64,000 bases of DNA from Candidatus Babeliales bacterium (GCA_963722255.1 CAVRJO010000001.1:224001-288000); one strand, 5' to 3'; counted from the first letter of the stretch, positions 42,659 through 57,269 are shown. Numbers and translations are program-made. The notes: generated from the sequence alone by a model not told the origin.

Positions 42659-43270
42659 TTATTGTTTTTCAATGAATTCCCATTCTTCATCATCCTCAGG
42701 TTCGCTTTCAGTTGCAACTTCCCATTCTTCACCCAATGAACTTCCATCAGCTGATTCCTCATCTGAATCAGGTGAATATTCTTCTATTATTTCCCATTCT
42801 TCTCGTGGAACATAAATTCTTGGTAAAAGACCTGATTTTCTTTTTTCTTCTTCTTCATGTTTTTTACGTTCAATCTCTCGTGCTTCTTGTGCTTTAAATC
42901 GAGCTATATTCTTTGCATTTCTTCTATCATAAGCAGCTTTTTTTTGCGGATCTGATAACGTATCATTTGCATTAGATATCGCTTTAAAAACGCTCCCTGC
43001 AATTTCGGCATTCTCATAACCGATTTTTTTAAGCTCTTTCGCTTTTGAAGGATATCTATCTGGATGAAATAAAAGACTTAATTTTTTATATGCCAATTTT
43101 ATGTCATTAGTTGTAGCATCATAACTAACATGTAAAATTTCATAAAAATTCTTCTCTTTTATGGCTTTGTCCATAGATTCTTTTGTTAATTCTCTGGTCA
43201 TAGCAAAAAGTTGCTGACTCATAAGAACAAAAACAAATAATAGTGCAAATCGATAATACCTGTTCTTCAA
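42659..43270 (-). CDS. J-domain protein with signal peptide and acidic tail
   Basis: GGAGG RBS + TTG; LFA|MTR; NFYEILHV...IKLAYKKL...HPD...LSDPQKKAAYD. Confidence 0.85.
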   Translation of the reverse strand: MKNRYYRFALLFVFVLMSQQLFAMTRELTKESMDKAIKEKNFYEILHVSYDATTNDIKLAYKKLSLLFHPDRYPSKAKELKKIGYENAEIAGSVFKAISNANDTLSDPQKKAAYDRRNAKNIARFKAQEAREIERKKHEEEEKRKSGLLPRIYVPREEWEIIEEYSPDSDEESADGSSLGEEWEVATESEPEDDEEWEFIEKQ

Positions 43271-43293
43271 ATTACCTCCCTTTAAATATTTAG

Positions 43294-45413
43294 TTATGGA
43301 TTCCCATATGTTGGAAAATCTATATCTTCTTTATTCTGCAATTCATCTCGAATGAATGCTGCAATCACTTCCTTATTTGCTCTAACATTAAATTCAGCAA
43401 TTCCGGAAAGCTGTTTAAAATCATCAGCTGAATATTCAAAATTAAGCGTATGGCAAAAACCTGGTTTACCATTTTTTCCATTAATACAAGCAATAGGATC
43501 AAATGAATCAAGCTTTTCTGATTTAATAAATCTGCGTAGTTCTTCACGTTCGACTTTTTCTTGTGTTGTTAGTTTTGCAACTCCTTCTGGCCCTGTTAAT
43601 GCCATTAGGGTAGGATCCTTTATATAATTTATATAAATAATTCGTGGCGCTTCCGCTTTTCTTTCTCTTTTTTCTTCATCAGTATAATTTTTCATATCTT
43701 TATATAATCGCAAGGTTGCATTCGAACCATCATCAACGCGCGCATATTCATAACCATATGCAGCTTTGGCATCATCAAAGAACCTTTTTAAGTCTCGTGC
43801 TGAAAGGGCTGTTGTTGAAGATTCACCAACGATAATAAATTTAATTTTACGCTCAGGCCATAAAAGCGGCATCAGAGGAATATTATTTGAAACTCCCGCG
43901 TCAACAAGCGTTAAATATTTTTTCTTTCTCAACCATTCAGCAGGCATATTACTATAACTCTTAAATGGATTAAATATTTGCGTTGGAGAGATTCGCGCTG
44001 TTCCAACACCTTCAATTGATTGAATCATACCAATAAGCAATGATGCGGCAATGTTCATAATACCGGTAATCGATGTTAATGATTCTTTCATGCCCGCTAT
44101 ACCATGAGCAACATATGCATCAATATCTTTGGAATTAATTGCAAATGCTGAACCAAATGTTCCTAACCAGTAGCCAAACATTTGTTCAGGAGCAGCAGAA
44201 ACAAAACCGGTTGAAACGGATTTACCATTGTTAAATTCACTACCAAAAGCTCTAATAGGAACCGAAATATAAGTGCTTTCTTTGTCATCCTTTTCTTTTT
44301 TAAAGTTCACTAAAACTTCAACAGGATTAAATTCATACCAATCATAAGAATAGGAATCATCATCCTTCTTACTCATAGAAACCGCTGTGTAAATGGGAAA
44401 AGGATATCTTCCGGATCTAATAGTTTCATATTGATCTGATAAATGTTTTTTATAACCATCGTTACCCAAAAGAACTTGCCCAAGTAAAAAACCGTAAAAA
44501 TCTATTGAACGAATTGGCTGTCCCCACAAAAATTTTGGCCATAACATATATTTTACGATAATTCCAATATTTTCTGAACTTGATAAAATTCCGGGTCCCA
44601 ATTTCATAACATTAAACTGCTTTGAACTAATCTTTTGTAACAATGAGTGTTTATACTGCGCAATTGTTCCACCTGTACTGATCCAAGGACCAATCATCCA
44701 CGAAGATCCCGATAAACCTGCTGTATACATGATACCATCAGAAGACCAATTTTTTCAAGCCCAGCTAAATAACCAGTTGTTAAAATCATTGCACGATAAC
44801 CACCACCGGTGCCGGCAAATGCAATATTAGATTCAGTTACCATTTGTCGTGTTAAATCTTCACCAAGGAATTTTTCAAGAGTTTCTCGAACGCCCACATA
44901 ACCCAATTCAGAGTTTCCTTCGAGCCGTTTTGATCTGAAATCTCTTTCTTGACGAGAAAGCCCTTCACGAACAGAAACAAGCGCTCCCGAAGTTTGGTTG
45001 TTTATATACTCGTTAACATTTTTTTGTGCCCAAATGAGTGCCAAATCTTTAAGTCCTTTAGTCAAACTTGCAACAAAATCTTGTTCAGCGATTCTTTTTT
45101 TCAATGCTTCTATATTCTTTTCCCAATACTTTTCATCAATATCTTCATAATCGGACCATGCTTTTACTTCTTCGATTTCGCTATCTTCTAGCAAAGTATC
45201 TTCGCTAGGGGTTCCTAGCCCTTTTTTAACAGAATCCCAAAGACCCGGTAAAAATTCAGTCTTTTTTTCCAACGGCGCTACAGTTGTTTTTGCTGGTGTA
45301 GTACCACCTTTGGTCAATAAGCTATAATCCGGTTGTTTTAGGGAAGCAACAATAGAACTGCTGCACATCAATGTAGTTACTAGAATCAGTGAATAGAAAA
45401 TGGATTTCTTCAT
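43294..45413 (-). CDS. cPLA2/lysophospholipase-like protein, split by a 1-nt deletion near 44740
   Basis: GTGGGYRAM oxyanion motif, AGLSGSSW nucleophile, PFPIYTA, WYEFNP, GTFGSAF, LVDAG; signal peptide. Confidence 0.85.
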
Positions 45414-45511
45414 CTTTTGACTTCCTTTTTTACTCTTTTTATACCTCTTATTGTATTGGTACTCCATATAGTAAGTTTAGTGCTTTTAAATACAAATAGT
45501 CAATAGAAATA

Positions 45512-45592
45512 AAAATCCCCGCAGTAAGCTGCTGAGTATTTTTCTATGAAACGAAGCAAGCTTCGGGGAATTGAACCCGCAAGGGATTAAAA
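45512..45592. repeat. Short palindromic REP/MITE-like element
   Basis: GCAG-TAAG-CTGC, CGAAG-CAAG-CTTCG and CCC-GCAA-GGG hairpins in series ending GATTAAA. Confidence 0.45.
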
Positions 45593-45649
45593 GGTGCAAG
45601 GAGACAAGATTGTCATTCAGAGGATTTCACGCAATGAAGATCAAAGTAT

Positions 45650-47168
<1,519 letters not shown>

Positions 47169-47268
47169 AGGGGATTTTTTCTTACGTACAATTGATTACA
47201 TACTTTCATGTTTACTCAGGTAGTATAACAAAAAAGAACCTATATCAAAAGCATATGATCAAAAAAAG

Positions 47269-47595
47269 CTATTTTAAGAGATTATATACGATTAATGCTA
47301 CTGCAAGCAATGTTGTATAACCCGGATTTTCTTGTGCCACTTTCGAAATAACAAATGACCCACCAAATGACAATCCAAGCTGTGCTTTGGAATCTAAATT
47401 ACTCTTATTTTTTTCCAAAAGTTGATTGAGGATGAAAAATGAATAGATACCGGTAGCAACAGTCAATCCATGTCTATAGTAAGGATTGGTTTGTACAAAA
47501 GTCTTAATATCGTGCCAAGGACTATCAGCTTTACAAGGAATCGAAACTGCTAACATAGACGCTACTGTAACCAATAATACATATCTTCTCACCAT
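47269..47595 (-). CDS. Hypothetical membrane/secreted protein
   Basis: GAAAGGA RBS; signal peptide and short hydrophobic segments. Confidence 0.5.
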   Translation of the reverse strand: MVRRYVLLVTVASMLAVSIPCKADSPWHDIKTFVQTNPYYRHGLTVATGIYSFFILNQLLEKNKSNLDSKAQLGLSFGGSFVISKVAQENPGYTTLLAVALIVYNLLK

Positions 47596-47794
47596 TATTT
47601 TTCCTTTCATGTAACAATTTTTGTTAACTCTTTAAAAAATTAGTAGAAAAATCTAAAAAAGTCGAACTCTTACAAAATAAAAAAACATGTTAATTATATT
47701 ATATATTTTATTGCTGTTTGAATATATATTATGGTATTCTGAAGAGTAGTCTATATCATTAACCTAGTAAAAAAGACCAAAAAAGGAGACCTTT

Positions 47795-48343
47795 ATGAAA
47801 AAATTAGTAGTACTTATGACCTTGTTATCTTTTGCCCAGATCTATTGCTTTAACCCACTCACTAAAAGTGATCAACTTCTTAAAGAAGCACAGGGACAAA
47901 CTTATAACGAGTTTAAAAATATTTATAAAACAATAACTCTTGATGACCTGCGTAATTTTATCAATAATCTTGAAATTGATGCTCAACAAATTCCGGCTGG
48001 AAAAAAATTAGGTTTAACAAGATTAAAAAATCCATTATTAGCAAAAATTTATGAAAAGGTTCTTGAAACCTATAAAAAGATTCAAGATGAAGATAGTAAA
48101 GCTTATTCTCAATCCAAAGGAATTTATACAACGGGTGTCGTAACTAAAAAATATGATAATAAACGTGCTAATGAATACCTTGCAACGGTAATTCTTGATA
48201 TCATCAAAGGATCATCAGAAACCGGTCCACTCCTTTTGATTACTAAAAGCATTACCTTAACACCCGCCAATCTTAAGGAACTAGAGCAATTAAGCGAAAA
48301 AATTAATAAAGAAAAAGCTGCAATCGAAAAGATGGGTTATTAA
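47795..48343 (+). CDS. Hypothetical secreted protein (paralog A)
   Basis: AGGAG RBS, signal peptide, similarity to 48453..49175. Confidence 0.65.
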   Translation: MKKLVVLMTLLSFAQIYCFNPLTKSDQLLKEAQGQTYNEFKNIYKTITLDDLRNFINNLEIDAQQIPAGKKLGLTRLKNPLLAKIYEKVLETYKKIQDEDSKAYSQSKGIYTTGVVTKKYDNKRANEYLATVILDIIKGSSETGPLLLITKSITLTPANLKELEQLSEKINKEKAAIEKMGY

Positions 48344-48452
48344 GTAAAACTTAATTATTTATTTTTTTATTGCTATTTGTAACGAAAAAATGGTATTCTA
48401 AGGCTATATTAAGTTATTTTAACCATTTTAAAGACCTAAAATAGGAGGCATT

Positions 48453-49175
48453 ATGAAGAAATTATTAGTAATCACACTCGCATTAGCTGTTCCGCAAGCA
48501 TTTGCTGCATTCAGAACACCCGGGAAAACAGCAGAACAAGTTGAACAACAAGAGAGAGAAGCCGAAGAAGGTTCTTGGCTTAACTTAACGGGACCTGCTT
48601 TTCAAAAACTACTTGGAACAGTTGAGGAACAATTTCCACAATGGAAAACTACTATAAACAAAATCGCATCCGGAGATTATGCCGGAAAACTTACTGAATT
48701 AGTAGGCGACCTGAAAAGTCTCGTTAAAAGTTCATTGCAGAATCTAACACCTGCTCTTCAAAAACCTGAAGTTATACGATCGCTTGATACTGTGACCGTT
48801 CAAGATATTCGTGGATTAATCAATGCACTTAATGGATATGCTAAAAATGCCCCTACGGGAATTTTGAGAAATTCAGCTTTAAACGAAATCTATAACAAAA
48901 TAAAAGATACTTACAAAAATTTGGTAAAAATTGATAATGATATTTTTACTGCACAGCAAGGTGGTGTTTACTCCACTGTCGTTCAAGCACCATCACATAA
49001 GCTTGCAGATGATTTCTTAAAAGGATTAATTTACAACCATATTATTGAAGGTAAAACAATTGAAGAGATATTGCCACTCATAACTTCAAGCTTGGAGCTA
49101 GAAAAATCTCCCTTTGAAACAGTACAACCTGCAAAAGGTTCAAAAACAGCAGCTGGTCAATTCCAAGAACAATAA
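48453..49175 (+). CDS. Hypothetical secreted protein (paralog B)
   Basis: AGGAGG RBS, signal ending AFA, similarity to 47795..48343. Confidence 0.65.
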   Translation: MKKLLVITLALAVPQAFAAFRTPGKTAEQVEQQEREAEEGSWLNLTGPAFQKLLGTVEEQFPQWKTTINKIASGDYAGKLTELVGDLKSLVKSSLQNLTPALQKPEVIRSLDTVTVQDIRGLINALNGYAKNAPTGILRNSALNEIYNKIKDTYKNLVKIDNDIFTAQQGGVYSTVVQAPSHKLADDFLKGLIYNHIIEGKTIEEILPLITSSLELEKSPFETVQPAKGSKTAAGQFQEQ

Positions 49176-49199
49176 GTTATTAAACTCGTAATAATTATT

Positions 49200-49235
49200 A
49201 AAGCCAAAGAATAGTACTTTCTTTGGCTTTTTTTT
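49200..49235. terminator. Intrinsic terminator
   Basis: AAAGCCAAAGAA / TTCTTTGGCTTT followed by T-run. Confidence 0.7.
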
Positions 49236-49844
49236 ATTTTACTAAACGATAATTTTCTTCAACATGATCCCAATTAACGACATGCCACCATGCTTGAATA
49301 TAATCAACACGACGATTATTATATTTTAAATAATAAGCATGTTCCCACACATCAATTCCCAAGAGCGGTCGAGATCCTTCAGAGAATGGCGTATCTTGGT
49401 TTGCTGTTGATGAAACTTCTAAATCACCTTTTTTATTCATTGAAAGCCATGCCCAGCCACTCCCAAATCGTGATTTTGCTGCCTCATCAAACTCAGATTT
49501 AAAAATCTCAAAGGTTCCAAATCCTTTTTTTATAGCTTCTGCAACTATCCCCTTTGGTACGCCTCCGCCGTCTTTTTCATCATTAACCAAAACATTGAGT
49601 GGTTTAGTTGGCCACCACCATGATTTCTTACTGCCGTTCTAATTCCTTCAGGGATCGCAGATAAATTTGATAAAAGCTCGACTAAAGGAATATTCTGTAG
49701 TTCTGGGTATGATTCCAACGCTTTGTTAAGTCCATCTATGTATGCTTGTTGATGTTTATCATGATGAAGCTCCATTGTTTTAGAATCAATGTAGGGCTCT
49801 AATGCATTATAAGCATAGGGCAATGATGCTAAACTATATTTCAT
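49234..49844 (-). CDS. sodA: Mn/Fe superoxide dismutase (Mn-type signatures), frameshifted near 49575
   Basis: [48 protein letters not shown]; one A missing in an A-run. Confidence 0.9.
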
Positions 49845-49852
49845 TATTCTCC

Positions 49853-50134
49853 TTAGATATTAAAATAAATGACCTCGTCATTACGTACCATTTGTAACTG
49901 TTCACGTGCAACTTTTTCTTTATAATAGGGATATCTATTCCATTCTAAAAGCTGCTCCTCCATAGCTATTAATGATTCTTTAATTTGTTGTATTTCTTTC
50001 ATGAGATGTTCATTTTCATGTTGCAACGAAAGTATAGCCGGCAAACCGTTTTCTGCATACAAAAAATTAATCAAAAAAAATAGTATTTCTCCCATACATA
50101 AAAAACGAATAATTATTGTTTTATAGTATACCAT
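49853..50134 (-). CDS. ftsB: Septum formation initiator FtsB/DivIC-like
   Basis: One TM, ENG, coiled coil, EKVAREQLQMVRNDE. Confidence 0.75.
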   Translation of the reverse strand: MVYYKTIIIRFLCMGEILFFLINFLYAENGLPAILSLQHENEHLMKEIQQIKESLIAMEEQLLEWNRYPYYKEKVAREQLQMVRNDEVIYFNI

Positions 50135-50158
50135 GATTCTCCCCCTTCTTTTGTCAAA

Positions 50159-51052
50159 TCATTGCTCTAAAGTATGCTGTAAAATATCACGATGCTTTAT
50201 ACCATAATGCACATTTTCTAATGTAAGTGTTGCAAGCTCATGAACAAAAGCAACAGATCTATGCCTACCGCCCGTACATCCAATGGCAATATTAGTAAAA
50301 AAACGACCTTCATCATATGATTTTTTTATTGAATAATGAATAAACTCTTTAAGCTTTACCCAGTAATCTTGAACCTCCACCTTGCTAAAAAGAAACTCTC
50401 TTATATGCTCTGACGTTCCATCTAAAGGACGCAGTTCAGGAACAAAATATGGATTGGGCAATGATCGAACATCATAAATAAAATTGCTTTCAGGAGGAAT
50501 ACCATATTTGAACCCAAATGATATTAAGTTCACAAGAAGCTGTGGCTTATTTGATTCTGAAAAAGAACTCCTAACAAATTTACGCAGCTGATGTATGGTT
50601 AATTGATCAGTATCTAACACAAGATCCGAAAGCTCCATCAAAGGCTTTAAGAGCAATTGCTCGTGCCGAATTGCATCTTCCAAATTGCACGTATCTGCAA
50701 GAGGATGTTTTCTACGAGTTTCTTGATATCTTTTACATAAAACATGCGGACTCGATGTTAAAAAAAAGATCTTTACAAGATAATTTCGCAACGATTCTTG
50801 CTGTAGCATATCAATAAGTTCATGCATTGTTTTTCCACTGCGAACATCGATTCCCAGTGCAACTTTTTGCCCAATCATCGTAGATTGAGTAATAAGTTGA
50901 AAAAAAGAAGTAAGCAACGGAATGGGAAGGTTATCAACGCAAAAAAAACCTATATCCTCCAAAGCTCGTAAAACCGTACTTTTACCAGCACCGGAATAGC
51001 CAGTCACTATAAGCAACTGCGCTTGTGAAGGCATCACATTATTCTCATTCAT
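50159..51052 (-). CDS. rapZ: RNase adapter RapZ/YvcJ P-loop protein
   Basis: VTGYSGAGKS, EDIGFFCVDNLP, SFGFKYG, DVRSLPNPY, GCTGGRHRSV. Confidence 0.95.
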   Translation of the reverse strand: MNENNVMPSQAQLLIVTGYSGAGKSTVLRALEDIGFFCVDNLPIPLLTSFFQLITQSTMIGQKVALGIDVRSGKTMHELIDMLQQESLRNYLVKIFFLTSSPHVLCKRYQETRRKHPLADTCNLEDAIRHEQLLLKPLMELSDLVLDTDQLTIHQLRKFVRSSFSESNKPQLLVNLISFGFKYGIPPESNFIYDVRSLPNPYFVPELRPLDGTSEHIREFLFSKVEVQDYWVKLKEFIHYSIKKSYDEGRFFTNIAIGCTGGRHRSVAFVHELATLTLENVHYGIKHRDILQHTLEQ

Positions 51053-51278
51053 AAGTATCTACACCGAAGTTAAAATTCATATATTTTTAATAAATTTTAC
51101 CATGTAAGAAACCGTTAAGGCAATCAAATAATGCATTAAACTAAGAACTGCCAAAAATAAGTCTCAAAAACAGACCCGCAATATGCATTATTGACTAGTA
51201 TATAATTTTTTTTGCAATATATTTATTTCATAGTATAATTAAATATATACTATTTATAGTTAAATAAAGGGGTTACCG

Positions 51279-51833
51279 ATGACAAAAAAATTTTCAACAC
51301 TATTCATTTTACTATTTTGCGGATCTTTATTTGGTATGCAAAATAATGATTTTTTCTTAGCAACTAAAAAGAAAAGAAAAAAGAAAGAACCTTTTCTAAC
51401 TTTTTTAGAGCAGAACGTTCAAACAGGCTTATATAAAAAAGAGGAAAAACAAAAAAAGAGTATTTATTACACAAAAAAAGATGCTGATACCAATGTTCAA
51501 ATAGAAACGGTAATTGATGCTTATCAAAAAATTCAAGGCCTCAAAACAATTTCATTGGTAACTACAGATATTCCAACGGATTGCAATCACATAGCTTCCA
51601 TGAAATACTTAATTTCAAACAATATCTGCACAATCTCACTTATACAAACCGATCCAGAATTCCAAAGACAAGGCTTTGGTAGCTTATTGCTTACTGATCT
51701 AGAGCAAGAATTGCGCCAAAGCGGATGCAAAGCGATTTCATTAATCGCTCTTGATAGTGCTGAAGGATTTTATGATAAACATGGTTTTATTACAGAGAAT
51801 GCCTTTGGGCGTAAGACTAAAAAATTAGATTGA
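51279..51833 (+). CDS. GNAT acetyltransferase with signal peptide
   Basis: LFG|MQN; PEFQRQGFGSLL acetyl-CoA motif; AEGFYDKHGF. Confidence 0.8.
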   Translation: MTKKFSTLFILLFCGSLFGMQNNDFFLATKKKRKKKEPFLTFLEQNVQTGLYKKEEKQKKSIYYTKKDADTNVQIETVIDAYQKIQGLKTISLVTTDIPTDCNHIASMKYLISNNICTISLIQTDPEFQRQGFGSLLLTDLEQELRQSGCKAISLIALDSAEGFYDKHGFITENAFGRKTKKLD

Positions 51834-51850
51834 AAGTAACTTTTCATAAC

Positions 51851-52531
51851 TTATGCTTTTAAATTTTTAATTAAAGCATGAAAATTTTCACATTTATTCC
51901 ACCACATAAGATCAAAAAATGATTGTACTGCTTTATAACTGCCAAAGGTAGCACTGGCAAATGACACAAATAATGACAAAGCAGTCAATGAACTTCGTAC
52001 CAACTCTTTACCCTTACTAGCTTCATATAATGAGACACCTAATCCTATGAATCCACAAAGACCTAACGCAGCATACCCAGTAAATGCTAATTTTGAAGGA
52101 GAATGTTTTCTAATATATGAAAGCAAATTTTGTTTACGCAGTTGATCTAAACGTGCTGCCATATAAACGAAAGTTACGTCTTTACCTCCCAAGGAAGGTT
52201 TTAGAGCTTCTACAATAAATTTTCTCTTTATCGAAATTCCCGAATCTACTACTCTCTTATAACCTCCTGGATTATAAGTATTCCAATCGTCTTCATTAAA
52301 AAAAGTTTCAGAAGCGTGAAAATTATCCTCAAAAATCGGACTTCTTCCAGCATATTCCACTATATCTATGTGCTTATTAGGAAAATCAACACCCTTCCTC
52401 AGAGCAACAAGAGCGATTTCCTTTATTGCAACTTCTACTGCAGTTTGTTCATCTTTGTCCATCCCAACTATAAAAGCATGGGGAGCAAGCATCATAACAA
52501 GAATTAACCGAAGTTTTATAAAAAATCTCAT
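51851..52531 (-). CDS. Hypothetical secreted protein with C-terminal two-helix anchor
   Basis: IVG|MDK; two hydrophobic segments near the C-terminus. Confidence 0.6.
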   Translation of the reverse strand: MRFFIKLRLILVMMLAPHAFIVGMDKDEQTAVEVAIKEIALVALRKGVDFPNKHIDIVEYAGRSPIFEDNFHASETFFNEDDWNTYNPGGYKRVVDSGISIKRKFIVEALKPSLGGKDVTFVYMAARLDQLRKQNLLSYIRKHSPSKLAFTGYAALGLCGFIGLGVSLYEASKGKELVRSSLTALSLFVSFASATFGSYKAVQSFFDLMWWNKCENFHALIKNLKA

Positions 52532-52573
52532 TAAGTCCTTAATTTAAACTAAATTTATATAAATTCTAAACTT

Positions 52574-53527
52574 TTAATTATTTACCGTATAATTTAAAAT
52601 TGGAATTCGAATTTCAGGTGGTAATATACTTAAATATGAATCTTGGTTGCTAAAATGTTTCCTTGCCAGAATTTCTTTTCGGATCATTTTTTGTATCGCA
52701 GGGCTCTTTGCATGATTCAATAATGATTCTCCAGCATCAGTCATAACTTCAGGATCAGCACCAGCTTTAATAAGCAAATCTACCATCGCAATGCGATTAT
52801 ATTTTACAGCAGCCAATAATGGCGTATCACCAAAGCCATCCTTTGCTTCAATATCCATTTTTAAATCTATAAAAGCTTCAAGCATATAAATGGTTCCGAA
52901 TTTAGCTGCATGATGTAATAAAATTTTATTTTTATGGCTCGGGATTTTAACATCAAAATTATCAAGAATTAAATCAAAAATTTTATTGGTAGTGCCGACC
53001 ATACTACTATTAGTTGGACAAATCGATATTGCTGCGTGACAAGATTTAATTTTTGCGCCATATCCAATTAATAATTGGCAAGTTTCAAAACTACCTTTAT
53101 CGATAGCGTGCCATAATAAATCATTATTAAAAACAATGTCATTAGAACTGATTGCAGTTACGTCGAGAAGCTCTTTTATTTTTCTAGAATCATTAGATTC
53201 AATAAGCTCAGAAATCCTTTCCTGAGAAGGAATAATCTTTTTAGCGATTTGTGCCCTGATTGACATATTGTGACTATTAATTTGTTGCAGGTATTGAACT
53301 TGAGCATATTTATTATATAAAAAACTTGCTAATCCTGAACAAAAAAAGGTTCCAGTAACTATCGATTTCTTAAAAGAATAATCTTTAGTATACAATTGCC
53401 AAACTAATGAGCCAACACCAAGCGCAGTAGCGCCAATACCAACAGTAAAACTAGTTTTGCGGCTCATACAATCTAATTGACAAGCGCTATTCAAAAAAAA
53501 GAGCAAAAACAGTACTATTAATTTCAT
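52574..53527 (-). CDS. Ankyrin-repeat protein with C-terminal F-box-like motif
   Basis: LLHHAAKFG, GDTPLLAAVKYN..LIKAGADP; tail LSILPPEIRIPIL. Confidence 0.85.
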   Translation of the reverse strand: MKLIVLFLLFFLNSACQLDCMSRKTSFTVGIGATALGVGSLVWQLYTKDYSFKKSIVTGTFFCSGLASFLYNKYAQVQYLQQINSHNMSIRAQIAKKIIPSQERISELIESNDSRKIKELLDVTAISSNDIVFNNDLLWHAIDKGSFETCQLLIGYGAKIKSCHAAISICPTNSSMVGTTNKIFDLILDNFDVKIPSHKNKILLHHAAKFGTIYMLEAFIDLKMDIEAKDGFGDTPLLAAVKYNRIAMVDLLIKAGADPEVMTDAGESLLNHAKSPAIQKMIRKEILARKHFSNQDSYLSILPPEIRIPILNYTVNN

Positions 53528-53539
53528 AACAATTCTATA

Positions 53540-54475
53540 TTATTTATACGTAGCAAAACTTATAACACGATCTAAAAGCTCTTGTGGCATTGCTTGCGGT
53601 TTTCTATCTCTATACATCAAACTAGTTGGACTTAACGATTCCATAGAAATCATTTTAGCAACAATCAACTCTTTTAACCCTGCATTTATAACTTTATTTA
53701 ATACAGAATCTCCTGATAAAGTTGTTGCATTTAAATCAGCGCCAGCATTAATTAATGTTTTTGCTGCCGTAATATTATTATGTGCTGTAGCAATTAATAA
53801 TGGTGTGTATCCAAAATCATCACGAACTTCAAGATCAAATCCAAAATTAATAAAAGTTTCAACCATATGGGAAGTTCCATGACTAGCAGCATTTAATAAT
53901 AAAGTTTCACTCTTACGCTCTTTAAGCACGGAACGATCAAAACTATCCAATATTAAATCAAAAATATTATCATTAGCCAAAATTGAATTCTCTAAATCTC
54001 GTAAAGTAACTGTCGCTCCATTGTCAATAACCAATTTACAGATATCGAATTCACGCTTCACTATTGAATAATGTAAAATATCTCCGCCAAAAATTTTCTC
54101 ATCAGGACCAATTATACCTGCATCAAGAAGCCGTTTTATTTCATCATAGTTATTAGAAGCTGACACAAGGGCATAAAGAGTTTCTTCATCTACCTTTGCC
54201 TTATTGCTCAATTGATTGTTCTTTGTTGATCTAGGCAAACTTGTTACCTTCGCATAGTTACTATAGATCAAACTAGTTATTCCCGAAGTTATCAAAGTTC
54301 CCGTAACTATCGATTTTTTCAACGAATAATCTTTAGTATACAATTGCCATACTAATGAGCCAACACCAAGCGCAGTAGCGCCAATACCAACCGTAAAACT
54401 AGTTTTGCGGCTCATACAATCTAATTGACAAGCGCTATTCAAAAAAAAGAGCAAAAATAGTAGTTTAAATTTCAT
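53540..54475 (-). CDS. Ankyrin-repeat protein, tandem paralog
   Basis: GYTPLLIATAHN..LINAGADLN; first ~60 aa nearly identical to 52574..53527. Confidence 0.85.
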   Translation of the reverse strand: MKFKLLFLLFFLNSACQLDCMSRKTSFTVGIGATALGVGSLVWQLYTKDYSLKKSIVTGTLITSGITSLIYSNYAKVTSLPRSTKNNQLSNKAKVDEETLYALVSASNNYDEIKRLLDAGIIGPDEKIFGGDILHYSIVKREFDICKLVIDNGATVTLRDLENSILANDNIFDLILDSFDRSVLKERKSETLLLNAASHGTSHMVETFINFGFDLEVRDDFGYTPLLIATAHNNITAAKTLINAGADLNATTLSGDSVLNKVINAGLKELIVAKMISMESLSPTSLMYRDRKPQAMPQELLDRVISFATYK

Positions 54476-54558
54476 AAAACCTCACATTAATATATTTTTT
54501 TTAACTATAGCTTCTAGAATAACACAAATATAAATCATTTCAAGCTGAAATATTAAAA

Positions 54559-54585
54559 ATAGGCGCACTTAAGGGTACGCCTACA
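54559..54585 (-). terminator. Terminator after gyrB
   Basis: Minus strand TAGGCGTAC / GTGCGCCTA followed by TTTTT. Confidence 0.6.
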
Positions 54586-54606
54586 AAAATTCAGGGTAAC
54601 TATAGT

Positions 54607-57063
<2,457 letters not shown>

Positions 57064-57269
57064 CTATTTTTATATATTTTTAGTGTATAATAAAAATAAT
57101 TATTTTTCTATTTTCATTACAAGCATTTTAGAAGAAATGTATACTATACTTTACTATTGCAGCAGATTTTCTCAATTTTGGAGCAAATTAACGCAGAAAC
57201 AATATAAAAACATATCGATAACTGCTTTTAAAGCTCTATACCTTCATTAAAATAGAAAGGAAAAATTTT

